A stretch of 63,987 nucleotides of DNA, filler included, from Reticulomyxa filosa (GCA_000512085.1; 23 parts of 23 records of this genome joined end to end with filler, not necessarily neighbours in it); one strand, 5' to 3'. Counted from the whole stretch's first letter, positions 50,700-63,987 are shown. Program-made: numbers and translations. The notes: generated from the sequence alone by a model not told the origin.

Positions 50700-53600
50700 G
50701 ACATCTTATCTTGTAGTATTAATTAGTTACACTGCGCAAGGTCATCGAATGAGCTGTGTTAAAAGCTTAGCACGCACATTGGTGGCAATTATACCGTCGA
50801 TCAAGGATCACCTCACAGCGTTTTCGTACGTGTTCACCAAATGTCCTGAGAATAAATTACAAAAATTTTGCTCAGAAGTGAAGCAAATTTGCACTGACAT
50901 GCCGGATGATGAACCGGACAAAGGATACGTTGCAATTTTGGCAGACATTGCCAAAAGGACAAAAAAAAAAAGGCATACATGCACCAGATATATTGAATGA
51001 CCCTCCAAATACTTTATTGGAGGAACTTGCCGGTCTAGACAAATTCATCGAGCATCCAGAAGAAATGTTTCGTCCCTTCGTTTCTGAAGCCTCCAATTCT
51101 GCCAGCTCATGCACAAGTGCAAGAATACAAAGAAAAATATTGAGAAGGCTTTCCAAGATGGCGATTACCAACTTACTAAAGACAAAGTTGGACGAACTCA
51201 AAAATTTGAATTTGATTTTGGAAAATACAGCTATTGGAAACAAGTACAATGATTGTGTAACAAAGTTAACCGAAGAATGGAATAAAAAATGTAAACGTAC
51301 CCAATTGAGGTTTAACACATGTATCACTTCCTCACGTTCAATTTGCATAAATGATGTTTTGGCTTATCAAAATGTAATCCACGAACTTACACCTGCAAAA
51401 GAGTTGCAAGCTTATTTGCCTAAAGCAATTTGTGCCGATTCTTTGAACCAAAATCTCAAAAAACAAATCGGCGATTTAGTAAGCATTATTGAAATCCAAA
51501 TGGAAAAGGACATGAGTGCCTTACGAGCACCTTTGGACAAAATTGCACAAGTACAAAAATGCTTCTATGACTTTACTATTTCTTACACCAATGTTTGTCA
51601 AAAGCTGCAAACAAGGTTTGTACAATATATCGATGAAGCAAAAGAGTTTATTAAAAGGGATCAATTTGCAGAATTTCGAAAGGGGGTGGAGAAAATTGGA
51701 ACGATTGTGCCTCTTGAGGAACATTTGCACTCTTTGGTTGATATTCGAAAAAAGATTGCGGATTTGGAAATAGGGCTGTTGGTATATTTGAAATATGTCA
51801 AGGAAGAAGGACTCTACGTGTTGAAAAAGTCAATAAAAGAGAATACTAACAACCTCACACAAAGTGAAAAAAAGGGGGAAGACAAAATAATTGAACTGGA
51901 TCATGTTCGAATTGAAAAACTCGATAATGCTGATATTAGCATTTTGCAAAAAAAATTTGCCATTTTGGAAGCCGCAGCAGCTGCATTTAAGTGCACATGT
52001 GGGTCTTGACAGATCGACAAAAGAGTTGTTCCGTTTGTTTGTGAACGAAGTGGTTGGGTATTTGGAAAAGGTGGGACAGAAGATTTTGTATCTGTTTGAA
52101 AAGCAAAGATATGAAGCATTTGATAGAATAAGAGATTTGATTTGGGTCGTGGATGGTCTCCGAAGCATGGTACCAGTGAAGCAAAGAACGGAAGGAGGAT
52201 ACAATCAAATGACAAGAAAAATCTTTGCGTTTGTGCGTGAAGTGGATAATGATATTGATGGAATGATTAATTCATTGAATAAGCCGAACACAGTATTGGA
52301 CTACAATGGACTGTGTGATGTGTGTGTGAGTCGATCAAAGTGGATTGATGGGTATCAAAAAGGAGGAGGAGGAAGAGGAAGTGATAGCTTGATGGATATA
52401 ATTAAAAAGAGTTTGACATGACATTTGCAAGAGTTGCAACAATTGAGCGAGGAATTGGATCACCGTAATCAATTGGAAGAAGCACGCAAAGTTATTGCGC
52501 ATTTGAAAAAGTTGCGTCGATGGAAAAGATTAGTTCCAGAACTAGCACATCTTCGTCAGGAGATTGTGTGTCATTTGGAACAGCCAAATTCGAGATACAT
52601 TGGTCGCTATTCAATATGAATTTGTATTGGAAAAGAAAAAATTGCGAATGAGCAAGAGGAGATTAAGCACAATCTGACCCAGTTCAAATGGTATGCAGAG
52701 AGGATGTGCGTAGAGCCAATTCCTATTTGCACGATAATGGGATTCGAAAGTGTACAAAATATTGACCTCGGAATTAGTAAAAATAGAAGAGGAATTGCAA
52801 TGTGCAAACGCAAATATTATCAATTCAAATGTAAATGCAAATGCAAATGCAAATGCAAATGCAAATGCAAATGATATGACTGCAATAAAAATGGAGCAAT
52901 ATCAACATGACGATATGCAATCGATTAAAAAGCAAGCTAAACAATTGGGGTGATATTAAAACTGAATGCAATCGATCCCGTAGCAATAATAGCAATATAT
53001 GAGATTTTTTTTTTAAAAAAAATGGCATTACACAAATAAATAAAAAAAAAGTATGAAGAATTGTTAGGAAATGGGAATGCGGGGATTGAAAGTGATCTGC
53101 GAGTCATCGAAGAGCTTCCACTTCACTGAGCATGAAATTCAAAGACTAATGAAGAATGAGCACGAATTGAATGGGAGGATTCGACAATGTGAACATGAGA
53201 TTGCGAAGCTGAAAAAGCAGCAATGGCTATTCTTTTGACGTGTATTGGACCCGGTGCGAGCGGAAAAGATCTTGCTTTATTTGAGAGAATGCAAAGTGGT
53301 GGCTTTTCATTTACAGCCACGACAGGTGCAAAGACCAAGCAAGACAAAGATATCTGGTAATGAAGACATAATGGAAATGGATAAAATACTATTTCTTCCA
53401 TTAAATCAATATATTTGCAATACATTTGCTTTGGTCGAGCGTTTTTTTGCGAGAATATGCAAACACATGGTCCAGCACCAACTGAATTTGTTACAGTTTA
53501 CGGGAAAGCGATAGCAATGACAATGCACAAATGACCGAGCAGGTGGAGATAATTTACAATCGATTGAACGAAGTGGAAAAAAAAAAACTGAAAGACTATC

Positions 53601-56600
53601 ATTGTACGATATTCGAATACTTCCCCAAAGATATCATGGAAAAATATCGACATCAGACTACGACAGACTCATTTAGATCTCTCCACTGCAATGCTCAACT
53701 CAGAGAAGCAGACGAGTCTAAAGCCGTTGAAAAGCAAGATTGCCGTGGCCAGAGCCTTATGCACATTGGACAGCTTTGTCACATCGTGGCTGTCAGTTTT
53801 ATACTCTGTTTCTGGAATTCCAAAGGAAAGTCGACGACGATATCGACACAAGGCCAGTTTTGGAGGCAATCGACATCAACCTGAAGGAGATCGAAATGGT
53901 GGAGAGACAGCTCCAGCAAATCAAAGAGGCAAAACAATATGTGATTGAGTTTGTGGATGAAATGGCACAAAAAGATATCGGAAAAAAAAGGAGGAGGATA
54001 CGAAAATTTGCATTTCAACAATGGATGGAAGTGGTGCTGGGCACGGTGGATGCACTTGTGAATGCCTCCAATTTTTTTGGAGGCAGAAAATAAAATCAAG
54101 CTGATTCGAAGAATTATTGGCATTTTAAGTAATTATTGCGAGCCCCATCACTCCTTCGAAGAAATCAATGGAACATGCCAATGATATTAAGAATCGTGTC
54201 AATACGCTCGAGAAAAAAAATTGTAAACAAGCTGAATGAAAATGGTGAGACAATATGAAGAGATCAAATTGGAGGAACGTACACTGAATCCCTATTCCTC
54301 ATGCCCTCCCAAAGAACTGTATGAAAAATTGAACAAAGCCATGGAGACCACTGCCATGTACAAAGAAACGTGGAGAAAAATTCAAGAAGATATTACCCAA
54401 AAAATTCGGGCGCAATTAAAGGATGTTTCAAGCAAAGTCGGCCAATTGAATCAATGGAAAATTGAAAAACGCATTCAATTCTGTAAGACAGTATTGAAAA
54501 CATTGCCAGAACTCATGAAAAGTGATGTTGAAGAAGAAATTGTGGCTTGCGAAAAGAAAATTCAATATAAGATTAAAAAAAAAATGAAAGAGACGAAGTA
54601 AATGGTGTAATCAAATCCAGAAATATTGAGGGTATTTGTAAATTACTCAAACAAAGGCACATTGAATCAAATGGAGCTGATCCAAACGCATTTACAGAAA
54701 TGACTCAAACAATTAGTAGCAGCTTAGAGAAAAAGGGTGGGCCGGGGATGATATAAAAGGGGCACTGGAGCAACTCAAAGAATTGTTTCGTTATAAGCGT
54801 GCATTCCAAAGATAAAATACCGGAAACTCAATCGGTGTCTCAACATTGCTCGTGATACATTAACCAATAATTTTGACAGATGCCACATGCACCATTGTCA
54901 GTCATTTTGCTTTTTCAGAGCATTTTGATATAGACACGAATACAATTGAAATTGTGGGAAAATGTCTTGCATTGGTGCTAGAGTGCATGACATTGAAAAA
55001 AGACACGCTCGAAATGAAAGAAAACGAATACAAAAAAGAGTTTGACGATTTCAATGACAAAATTAAAAGACTTGGACAATAAGCTCATTTCTTCTTTTAC
55101 TTTGTTGCGAGCCAAATATGAAAAAAAACAGTTCAAGATATGAACGATAAAAGAGTTGCTAATTGCATTGGATACTATAAAAATAGCTGCCAACGAAAAA
55201 AACCACATTCTTTAAAAAAGTGAAAATGTTCATGAAAAGAAAGATATGCTGTAATATCCCTGACGAAGTGGAACTGTGCACCTATTCCGATATAATATGT
55301 GGCTTTAATTCTCGGCTGGAAAAGATGGTTGAATTGATTACCGATGGGGATGTCATCAACAACAAAACCCATGACGAATGATGTTGAAAGGGACCAGGTT
55401 TTCAAACAATTTCAAAGCAAAGCTCAAGTTTATAGAACAGATATCGCAATGGAAAGCCCATGTGACGACTGTGAAAACATTGGAGAATTGCCCGGTCACA
55501 TTAGAAAAGGAAATTGAAAATTGCACGCAAAAAAAAAAAATGGGCTCCACTTGGACTGCCTCTGATTGTGACTATATCAATCGGGGCTACTGTTGTCTGA
55601 CTTTTATGAGAAAGCATTCCCATCTTTTTGGCTATCGTGAAATCTCGAATTGAAGCTATTGACACTCTGGTGAATCATCGAGTCAGTCATTTGGAAAAAG
55701 AAGCGATGAAAGACTTGAGATGTGAAAAAATAATATAATCGTTGCATATGTTCAGCTTCAAGGATAACATTAACAAACGTATCGATGAACTGTTGAATGC
55801 TTACAAGCGAGGGTCGAAAGATGGTGATATTCCAAAATTAGCACTGAGCTTAGAGCAAGATGAAACTGGAATGGGCGAAATGATTGTTGCCGAGTACAGC
55901 ATATTCAAAGGGATATACCATTGCAATTATTCAATCAGAAAACTAAAGCACATGGAATAGAGTACGTGTTGCAACATCATTGAAATCAAAGGTGATACAA
56001 TAGACAAAACAAAATTTTCCAAAAGATATCAGAAATTTTCCGACATGTACCAGAAAATAATCAGCGATAACTTAATACAAAATAGAAATAATCTCGCAAT
56101 GATTACAAATAATGTAAAAAATGTATCCTAATATCGAACAAAAGTTTGATAACATAAAGTGGGATGCGAATATTCGAGATAAAATTCAAATCATGATGGC
56201 ATACATTTTTGCATTGTGGACGCTCCAAAATGCACAATATTATTATGACGCCAAATACACACATGATCAAAAAGGATTATTTGATACAGCCGCATCCCGC
56301 CCAAGTGATTGCCATATTTTTGCCTGTTAGGATTTGACACGAGTAAATCTGAATTGACCAACAATTTGGTTCAAATCGGAACATGAGAAGGGAAATCAGT
56401 AACGTTGGCAGTCACTTGTTGTGTATTGGCATTGCTTGGCTTTGATGTGAATTGCGCTTCGTACAGCGAATATTTGAGCACCAGAGATTTCAAATGTTTT
56501 GAGCCATTATTTAATATATTGGGTGTGATTGATCATATCCATTATGGCACTTTCAATAATTTTGCGAACGAATTATTAATGAAGGAGGAGATGTACGCAC

Positions 56601-58785
56601 ACTCGTTGAAGACCTAATTCTTCCAAACAAAGAAAAGAGCCTCTCCAAAATTTCACGAGTGACTCGTGCAAAAATTCTCTTGATCGACGAAGTCGATGTG
56701 TTTTTCAACAAAGAGTTTTATGGCGGCTGCTATTCACCTGCGGCTACTATACGACATGACTCCGTTACTAAACTGATTGATTTCATTTGGAAAAATAAAT
56801 CAGTCGATTTAACTTTGAAGGCTGTGAAAGAATCAAGTGAATACAAAGCATGCTTTGATATATTGGAGGGATGCTGTCCATTGCTGGATGAAGCGATTAA
56901 AGATATGTTGAATGATGTTCAAAAATTTGAGTCTCATGGATATCAGGTGAGCAATGACAAAATTGGATATAAAGAGCAAGATAGTATTTGCTACAATGTG
57001 CGCTATGGATATAAGACCTTGTTTGCTTATTACCACGAGCATGAAGAAAAACGTATCAGTACTGAGAGTTTCAAAAACAACATATGTCTTTCTTTTCAAA
57101 TTGGGAATTTTTCGTATGCCGAGGTTCCCAAAAATTTCTCTTACATTATGGGAGTGAGTGGGACATTGAAAACATTGAGTGAGTCGGAACAAAAAGTGAT
57201 CGAAAATGACTACAATATATCCAAGCATACATATATACCATCTTTGTTTGGAAAGAATAATCTTGTCTTTGCAGAACAACAGGACATTCGTATTGTTGAT
57301 GAAAGTGATTACTTCATCGCACTTGAAAAAGAAATTGAGGATAGACTTGTTGGGAAAAATATAGGAACAAAACGAGCTGTGTTGGTATTTTTTGAAACCA
57401 AAAAACAATTGATGGAATTCTACGAGTCATCTAACTTTCTTCCAATCAAAGATAACGCGATTGTAATGACCGAAGAAAATTCTTTCCAAGAGAAGGAGTC
57501 ACTAATCAAGCGTGCCGTCACATCTGGTCAAGTAGGGCTATTCACCAAAGAATTTGGAAGAGGAACCGACTTTGTATGTCGGGATCAAATTGTATCTGCC
57601 AATGGTGGTCCTCATGTGATTCAAACTTTCCTCTCTGAAGAACTGTCAGAGGAAATGCAAATTAAAGGACGTACGGCCAGACAAGGAGGATATGGTTCCT
57701 ACAGCTTGATATTATGTGACAAATCACTTGAAAAATTTTTGATCACTGTAGAAGATATTGCAAAGGCAAAAAAATTTGGAAACGTTTATATGATGCTTGA
57801 TGAAAAGAGAAATAAATTCTTCAAAGATCAATATGCAGAGAACCAAAAATTTGTGGAAAAGATTAAACAAGAACACAAATCAGCAAACGATTTGATTACA
57901 ATGCTAAAGAGCAAAAGAATCTCTGAGGTGAAGATAAAACTTTGTGAACAAAATCGAGGAGCGACAGACAAAGCGTCTTCACGTACAGTAGTCCTGATGG
58001 ATGCAACTGGCTCCATGTCTCATTTATTACAAAAAGCAAAAAATACAGTCAGCACTATGTTTGAGCGTATCACCGACATTTTAAGAGAGAGTGGATATTC
58101 TCCCAATATTTTTGAGATGCAATTTGTGGTTTACCGAAATTATAATGCGCCGGAAGACAAGATTTTACAAGTTTCTCCTTGGGAATCAAAGCCTGACAAT
58201 CTGCGCAGTTTTATGGAAAATGTAATAGCAGAGCATGGAATGGGTAATGAAGCGATTGAAGTTGGATTAGCTCATGTCAACAGAGAATGCGAAATAGAGG
58301 AAGTTTCACAAGTTATCTTGATTGGAGACGCACCAGCAAATACAAGAGAAGAGGTAACAAAAAGAAGAATGACTTGTTCTCTCATGCAATCCAATTCGGT
58401 ACCGAAAATAACGCAAAAGAAGAAAGGTTTCCTCAAAGTTTTGAAGAAAAAAAGGATGAAAAAAGCTCCTGAGAGCGAAATAAATTATTGGCAAAATACG
58501 GAATTATTCTCCAATCCTACGTACTATGAAGATGAATTGTTACTCTTGAAAAAACGTGGCATTCCTGTGCATGCTTTTTTTGTGGATACAAAAGCAAAAC
58601 AAAATTTTGAAGGAATAGCTCGTATTACGGGTGGTCGATGCAAAGATTTGGACATTAATTCTGTGAAAGGTGCTGATTTATTGACAAACCTAATTTCCGA
58701 GGAAGTGCTCAGAAATGCTGGTGGATCAAAAGGTGATGCACTTGTTGATGCCTATCGAACAAAGTTTTCCAAGTCATATACATGA
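50700..58785 (+). pseudogene. Giant SecA-like SF2 ATPase + vWA protein; many frameshifts and stops 5' of 56659, intact 708-aa 3' ORF
   Basis: Walker A LVQIGT*EGKS (TGA 56384-86), SYSEYLSTRD, YGTF, Walker B LLIDEVD, GVSGTL, GRGTDF, QIKGRTARQG (SecA motifs). vWA MIDAS RTVVLMDATGSM, NEAIEVGL, ILIGDAP. Chained helical ORFs across 50749-56330. Confidence 0.8.
52828..52875 (+). repeat. (AATGCA)n microsatellite encoding poly-(Asn-Ala)
   Basis: aatgta aatgca x6 aatgat. Confidence 0.8.
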
Positions 58786-59041
58786 TGTTTTTTCCTTTTT
58801 TTTCTCGTAATTATCTTAAAAAATTGTACCTGCATGATAAACAGTGAAATAATTATAAAATTATAAAGAAATATTCAAAAATGACATGTTGCCTCATTTC
58901 TGCCAAAAAAATACCATTGAATACTGCTTTCTTTTTTCAAAGTAAAAATTCTTTAAAAAATCTAATAATATCCAAATTTTAGCTGAAAAATGAAAATAAA
59001 AACAAGTTGTTATCAAAATAAAACTTTGTTCATTGAGTTCA

Positions 59042-60423
59042 TCACCAAATACGAATATGGCCTTTATGTGGACCATAACATAGATGAATATCATAACTAT
59101 CATTTAATTTTTGTTTCATTATTGTTTCCTTTTTTTTTCAGTTGTATAAATTTAAGACATAATATTCCATCATCTTCATTATCTCCTTTTATCATATACA
59201 CTTTCTTTTCTGATCGAATATCCCAAAAACGAATTGTATTATCCATTGACCCAGAACACACCAGATTACCACCAACATCTTCAATACTCTTCTTTATTTC
59301 AAAAGGCGTATATTCAACAGCATATACACCATATCTATGTCCACTGAAATGTTTAATTTGTCGACCGGATCGAATATCCCACAACCGAACACTATAGTCA
59401 TTTGATCCAGATAATATTGTATTTGAACCACCATTAATTCCTAATTCATTTGATCCATATTTTACACTCATAATCCAACCTTCATGTCCTTTAAATATAT
59501 TCAATTGTTTGGTTGTTTCAATATCCCATACACGAATGGTATTATCATGTGATCCAGAACAAATTGTATATCCATTTCCACCAATTACACCAATACTGTT
59601 ACTTTCATTATTGTTATTACTTTGTAATGGTGAAAAATCCACACATCGAACAGTTTCTTCGTGTCCACTAAAGATATTCAATGATTTGGATATTTCAACA
59701 TCCCATAAACGAACAGTTTTATCACGAGATCCAGAACACAAATATCGACCACAATTAAATGATGAAAATTCAATACCACAAACACCATCAGCGTGTTCGT
59801 TGAATATTTGCAATTGTTGATTATTTTTGAAATCCCAAAAACGAATGGTGTTGTCTTTTGATGAAGAACAAATGACATGTTGACGATTATAGTAATAATA
59901 ATATCGTGAAAATTTCACACAATACACCCAACCTGAATGTCCGTTAAATGATTCAATTTGTTTATTATTATCAACACCCCATACACGAACTGTTTTATCA
60001 TCTGATCCAGAACAAATGAACTGATTACCATCAAATGTTGAATAATCAATGCTGTACACAGCATCTGTGTGTCCAGTAAGTGTTGTAAGCAATTTGCACG
60101 AAGAAGAAAAAGTATCAAATATAAAGACGCTAATGGCCTATGTTAAATATTAATAACTATTTTGTTTTTTAATCTAAAACAAGAAAAGCACAAAGAACAT
60201 AACATAATTGACAACAATTTTGTTAAAATCTTTGATCCATCCTAATTTAATTTTTAATATACGGTTCCAATGCTGAACAATTATTTGGATTTTTTCTTCT
60301 TTTGACTATTCAATTACAAATCACATACAATTACAACCAAAAGACAAACAAAATTCTGAAAGAGTTAAAAAACACCAATGGCTGTTGCTTTGAAGTTTGT
60401 GTTTCAGTAATATGAGTGGCCAT
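59042..60423 (-). CDS. WD40-repeat protein of a lineage-expanded family (3 exons; frameshift near 59100)
   Basis: GH...V..IDYS, CSGSDDKTVRVW repeats and the IGVIGGNGYTICSGS insert. Upstream exon EEKIQIIVQHWNRILKIKLGWIKDFNKIVVNY. ATG at 60423. Family C-terminus LCYGPHKGHIRIW* lies in a shifted frame ending at 59042. Confidence 0.85.
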
Positions 60424-61187
60424 CCTCTGAGTTTATTTTGTTGATCTAAGAAAAACAATGTCCAATATTTTATATCAATCAATTCTCAAAAATATTTTGA
60501 AAAATTTTTGAAAAGAGTACAACTGTACTTTGAACTTAAACAAAATGATTTTGTTTGCTTTGGTTATTGAATATACTGGCGTTTGTGATAACAAAAGGAA
60601 GATAAAAAGAATCACTTTTACCAAGTAACATTGCGTAAACAAAGCAAAAAATCATATTTGATTTTTTTGTAACAAAAATTGAAGAGAGAATCATTACGCA
60701 GAAATTTCCACATGAATACTAAAAATAGAAATAAGAATATCCAAGTATTGTATGTCTTTTTTCGTTATTGTGCGTTTTGATTTTGCATATTTGTCTGTGA
60801 GCTTTGATTTTGGTTTTATTTTTATGCGTTTATCTTGAAATAAGATTATTATTGTTTTTGTTTTTTTTTAGCACTGTTCCTCAACGACCCCAAAAGGGAA
60901 CGGACGGTATTGACAATAGTGCCTTTGCTGAAAGATACCAAAGAACGAATGAACACATAAAAGCATTCAGCAACAACAAACTCAAACAAACAAGGCACCC
61001 CTCTCTTCCAAAATATTTTTGCTTGCTCTCTCTCTCGACAATATAGGCAACTTTGAAAAGCTAATTTCAAAACAAATAGCATTTTAAACTTAATTTTCGC
61101 TCTCTGACCCGCTATCATCTTTGAAATTGGTGTCCAATAGTGTTTCGACCACTAGCAATTGCTAAGAAGAAGATCACAGCCCATTTT

Positions 61188-61515
61188 TTATTTTTTTATT
61201 TTTTGTAAAATAGAAATTGCCTCGCAAAAGCGAATAAATAATAAAAAAAAGACAAGCAAAAATACCTGTGTCAAGTCATGTATTTTATCTTCATACATTT
61301 CTTTCATGTATTGTAATTTCATGTTTTCCTTTTGCAACTCCACGACCAAGCGTTCAGTCCGATCGCTAGGCTGTCTCGCCAATGAAAGTAGCTGATTTGG
61401 ATCAGAGGAATGAATAATAACGCTACTGCTGCTGGCGGCGTCAATGAACGACTGTTCCTGGTCGTCTTTGATCTCACTCAAAGACTTGGCCGGTTCCAAG
61501 CCCTGCTCATCCGTG
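61188..61515 (-). CDS. Partial coiled-coil protein exon
   Basis: ERLVVELQKENMKLQYMKEMYEDKIHDLTQ followed by a gtattt donor. No family recognised. Confidence 0.35.
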
Positions 61516-61615
61516 NNNNNNNNNNNNNNNNNNNNNNNNNNNNNNNNNNNNNNNNNNNNTTAATTAATTAANNNNNNNNNNNNNNNNNNNNNNNNNNNNN
61601 NNNNNNNNNNNNNNN

Positions 61616-62380
61616 CGTGTCGAGCAGGACGGTCTCCATGATGGACCGCAGCCCGCGGGCACCGGTCTTGCGCAGGATTGCCTTCTGGGCGACCGCGCGC
61701 AGTGCATCATCGGAGAACTTGAGCTTCACGCTCTCCATGTCGAACAGTCGCTGATACTGCTTGATCAGCGCGTTCTTGGGACGCGTCAGGATCTCGATCA
61801 GCGCGACCTCGTCCAGGTCCTCGAGCGTGGCGATCACCGGCAGGCGGCCGACGAACTCGGGGATCAGGCCATAACGCAGCAGATCCTCCGGCTCGAGATC
61901 CTTCAGGATTTCGCCCGGCCGGCGATCCTCCGGCCCGCGCACCTCGGCGCCGAAGCCGATCGATGTGCCCTGGCGGCGCATGGAGATGATCTTGTCGAGA
62001 CCGGCGAAGGCGCCACCGCAGATGAACAGGATGTTGGTCGTGTCGACCTGGAGGAACTCCTGCTGCGGATGCTTGCGGCCGCCCTGCGGCGGCACGGAGG
62101 CGACGGTGCCTTCCATGATCTTCAGCAGCGCCTGCTGCACGCCCTCGCCCGAAACGTCGCGCGTGATCGACGGGTTGTCGGACTTGCGACTGATCTTGTC
62201 GACCTCGTCGATGTAGACGATGCCGCGTTGCGCCCGCTCGACATTGTAGTCGGCCGCCTGCAGCAGCTTCAGGATGATGTTTTCGACGTCCTCGCCGACA
62301 TAGCCTGCTTCGGTGAGAGTCGTGGCATCAGCCATCGTGAACGGCACGTCGAGCATGCGCGCCAGCGTCTGGGCAGAAGC

Positions 62381-62411
<31 letters not shown>

Positions 62412-62763
62412 TGATGTTCGACTTGGCGATCTCGACGTCGTTCGCCTTGCCGCCGTGACTCAACCGCTTGTAGTGATTGTGCACGGCGACGGAAAGAATG
62501 CGCTTGGCGCGGTCCTGACCGATGACGTAATCGTCGAGGATCTGCCGGATTTCCTTCGGGGACGGCACGCCGTCCTTCGACTTGACGAGAGTCGTCTTGC
62601 TCTCTTCCTGATGATGTCCATGCAGAGCTTCGACGCATTCATCGCAGATGAACACGGTCGGCCCGGCAATAAGCTTGCGGACCTCGTGCTGGCTCTTGCC
62701 GCAGAAGGAGCAGTAAAGGGTATTCTTGGAGTCGCCGCCGTTGCTGCCGCTGACCTTGCTCAT
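61616..62763 (-). CDS. clpX: Bacterial ATP-dependent Clp protease ATP-binding subunit ClpX (Alphaproteobacteria, Rhizobiales-like), partial, with frameshifts
   Basis: [35 protein letters not shown] zinc finger, [37 protein letters not shown] loop, TGARGLRS. Shine-Dalgarno-like GGAAGGAAAG before the ATG. GC far above the flanking contigs. Confidence 0.97.
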
Positions 62764-62962
62764 ATCACTTTCCTTCCAGCACGCCGTTCATCTCTCGGAG
62801 AAGATGGCCGGACCACTCAAACCACCCTTGTCGGACGCACTTGGCACCCTTCAAAGGCTCCANNNNNNNNNNNNNNNNNNNNNNNNNNNNNNNNNNNNNN
62901 NNNNNNTTAATTAATTAANNNNNNNNNNNNNNNNNNNNNNNNNNNNNNNNNNNNNNNNNNNN

Positions 62963-63505
62963 TGTTGCTGTTGCTGCTGTTGTTTGTGTTATATCCATCT
63001 CCGTTCCTATCCCCAATGTTGTTGGAATGGCCACAGAGTCGACTGGATTAAACACCAACTGTGTGTCCATAAACGACGGGGTCAGAAGTGGTGTTTGTGC
63101 CGCATGCTTGTTGTCGTGGAAAGGCAATGTCACCTCGGCCTCTTCGTCCAGTGTGAGCAACGACGACACTGAAAACTTGGACAAAAGTCCGCGGGACACT
63201 ACTAAACTCAAATGGAATAACAAAAAGTCCAACTCGTGCAAGTCGCTAAACTTAAAGTCTTCTCGATCAATGCACTGCTTCCATTCCTTGAATATCACCA
63301 ACAACTCTTCGTCTGTTAATGCCGTGTCCGGCTTCACCTTTCTCACCGTCTCCATAAACTTGTCCAAACTCATGTCTTGCAACAACTCTTTGTGGCCGTT
63401 CACGTAGCGTCGTAAGTCACCTCGGTGCACCCGTCGCAGCAATGGACTGTTGTGTACTACCACTCCATGTTGACTCACGCGCAACGAATGAATCCTCGAA
63501 AGCAA
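62963..63505 (-). CDS. Partial hypothetical protein exon
   Basis: Open frame of about 180 aa to the contig edge with a possible degenerate EF-hand-like helix pair (SLDKFMETVRKVKPDTALTDEELLVIFKEW). Confidence 0.35.
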
Positions 63506-63987
63506 ATCCGTTCTTTTAGTTTGTTATTTCTCCCTAATTTTTTTTTTGTTTTTTTTTTTTTTTAAAATTATTTATACATATACATGTACATATATGTAAT
63601 ATGTATACGTATTGTTTGATACGTTTATAAAAGTCAAAACTCATGCAAATTTGCCATGGGGTTCGCCTCGTCAAATAAAAATAGTCTGCTGTTTGCAAAG
63701 GAAGGGGATACCAAAGGCAGATTGGCTGGGTTTGACAGGTCCACAAAGGACATGGGCACAAATTCAGTGCCAAAGGCCAGAAGATTTCCGTCGCACTCGC
63801 TGCCATTGGCGTCGATTGCAGGGTCGTTCCATTGTGTCAATGGGTTCTGTCGGCCCTGTGGCGATTGTCGGTTCGACCGCAATAGGGTGTACATTTCAAA
63901 GTCGCTTCGAGAGACCAGATTATCTAACAGTAGTTGATTGAATCGATCAATCGGAGAAGATTCCTTTTTTTTTTTTTTTTTTTATTT

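Noticed and set aside
56384-56386. TGA in the SecA-like Walker A as selenocysteine or recoding
   Set aside because: The position requires Gly (GGA>TGA) and the surrounding gene has many other lesions.
62069-62910. Long plus-strand ORFs over clpX
   Set aside because: Antisense shadows typical of high-GC coding DNA.
3925-62962. Regularly recurring TTAATTAATTAA flanked by Ns as a CRISPR-like or biological repeat
   Set aside because: Exactly 100 bp each time with stops in all six frames. It is a concatenation spacer, so gene neighbourhoods across it are meaningless.

Overview
This window is not one locus. It is 23 short, unrelated contigs joined by 22 identical artificial 100-bp linkers (N44-TTAATTAATTAA-N44), so adjacency across a linker carries no meaning. 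Almost all contigs come from a very AT-rich eukaryote with short GT-AG introns. The expanded kelch, WD40 and HEAT-like families, the many pseudogene fragments and the homopolymer frameshifts suggest the foraminiferan Reticulomyxa filosa (inference). One contig (61616-62862) is a high-GC alphaproteobacterial clpX. Recognisable genes are pelota, a CaMK-type kinase, a CDPK-like EF-hand C-terminus, a HECT ligase C-terminus, a 7TM-RGS protein, a bacterial-type cis-3-hydroxyproline dehydratase-like enzyme with a mitochondrial-type presequence, and a Selenoprotein S homologue with an in-frame penultimate UGA. The most striking candidates are: (1) an NLR/STAND-like gene with a Zn-finger, a RelA/SpoT-like nucleotidyltransferase, NACHT, pentapeptide repeats and 16 WD40 repeats, plus a decayed paralogue on another contig; (2) a roughly 8-kb giant gene combining a SecA-like SF2 ATPase with a C-terminal vWA domain and a possible N-terminal GTPase remnant; (3) a ~30-aa W..L.IKLGWI.DF.KII motif shared by kelch and WD40 propeller families. 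Tc1/mariner remnants, hairpin MITE-like elements and a ~690-bp inverted duplication are also present.
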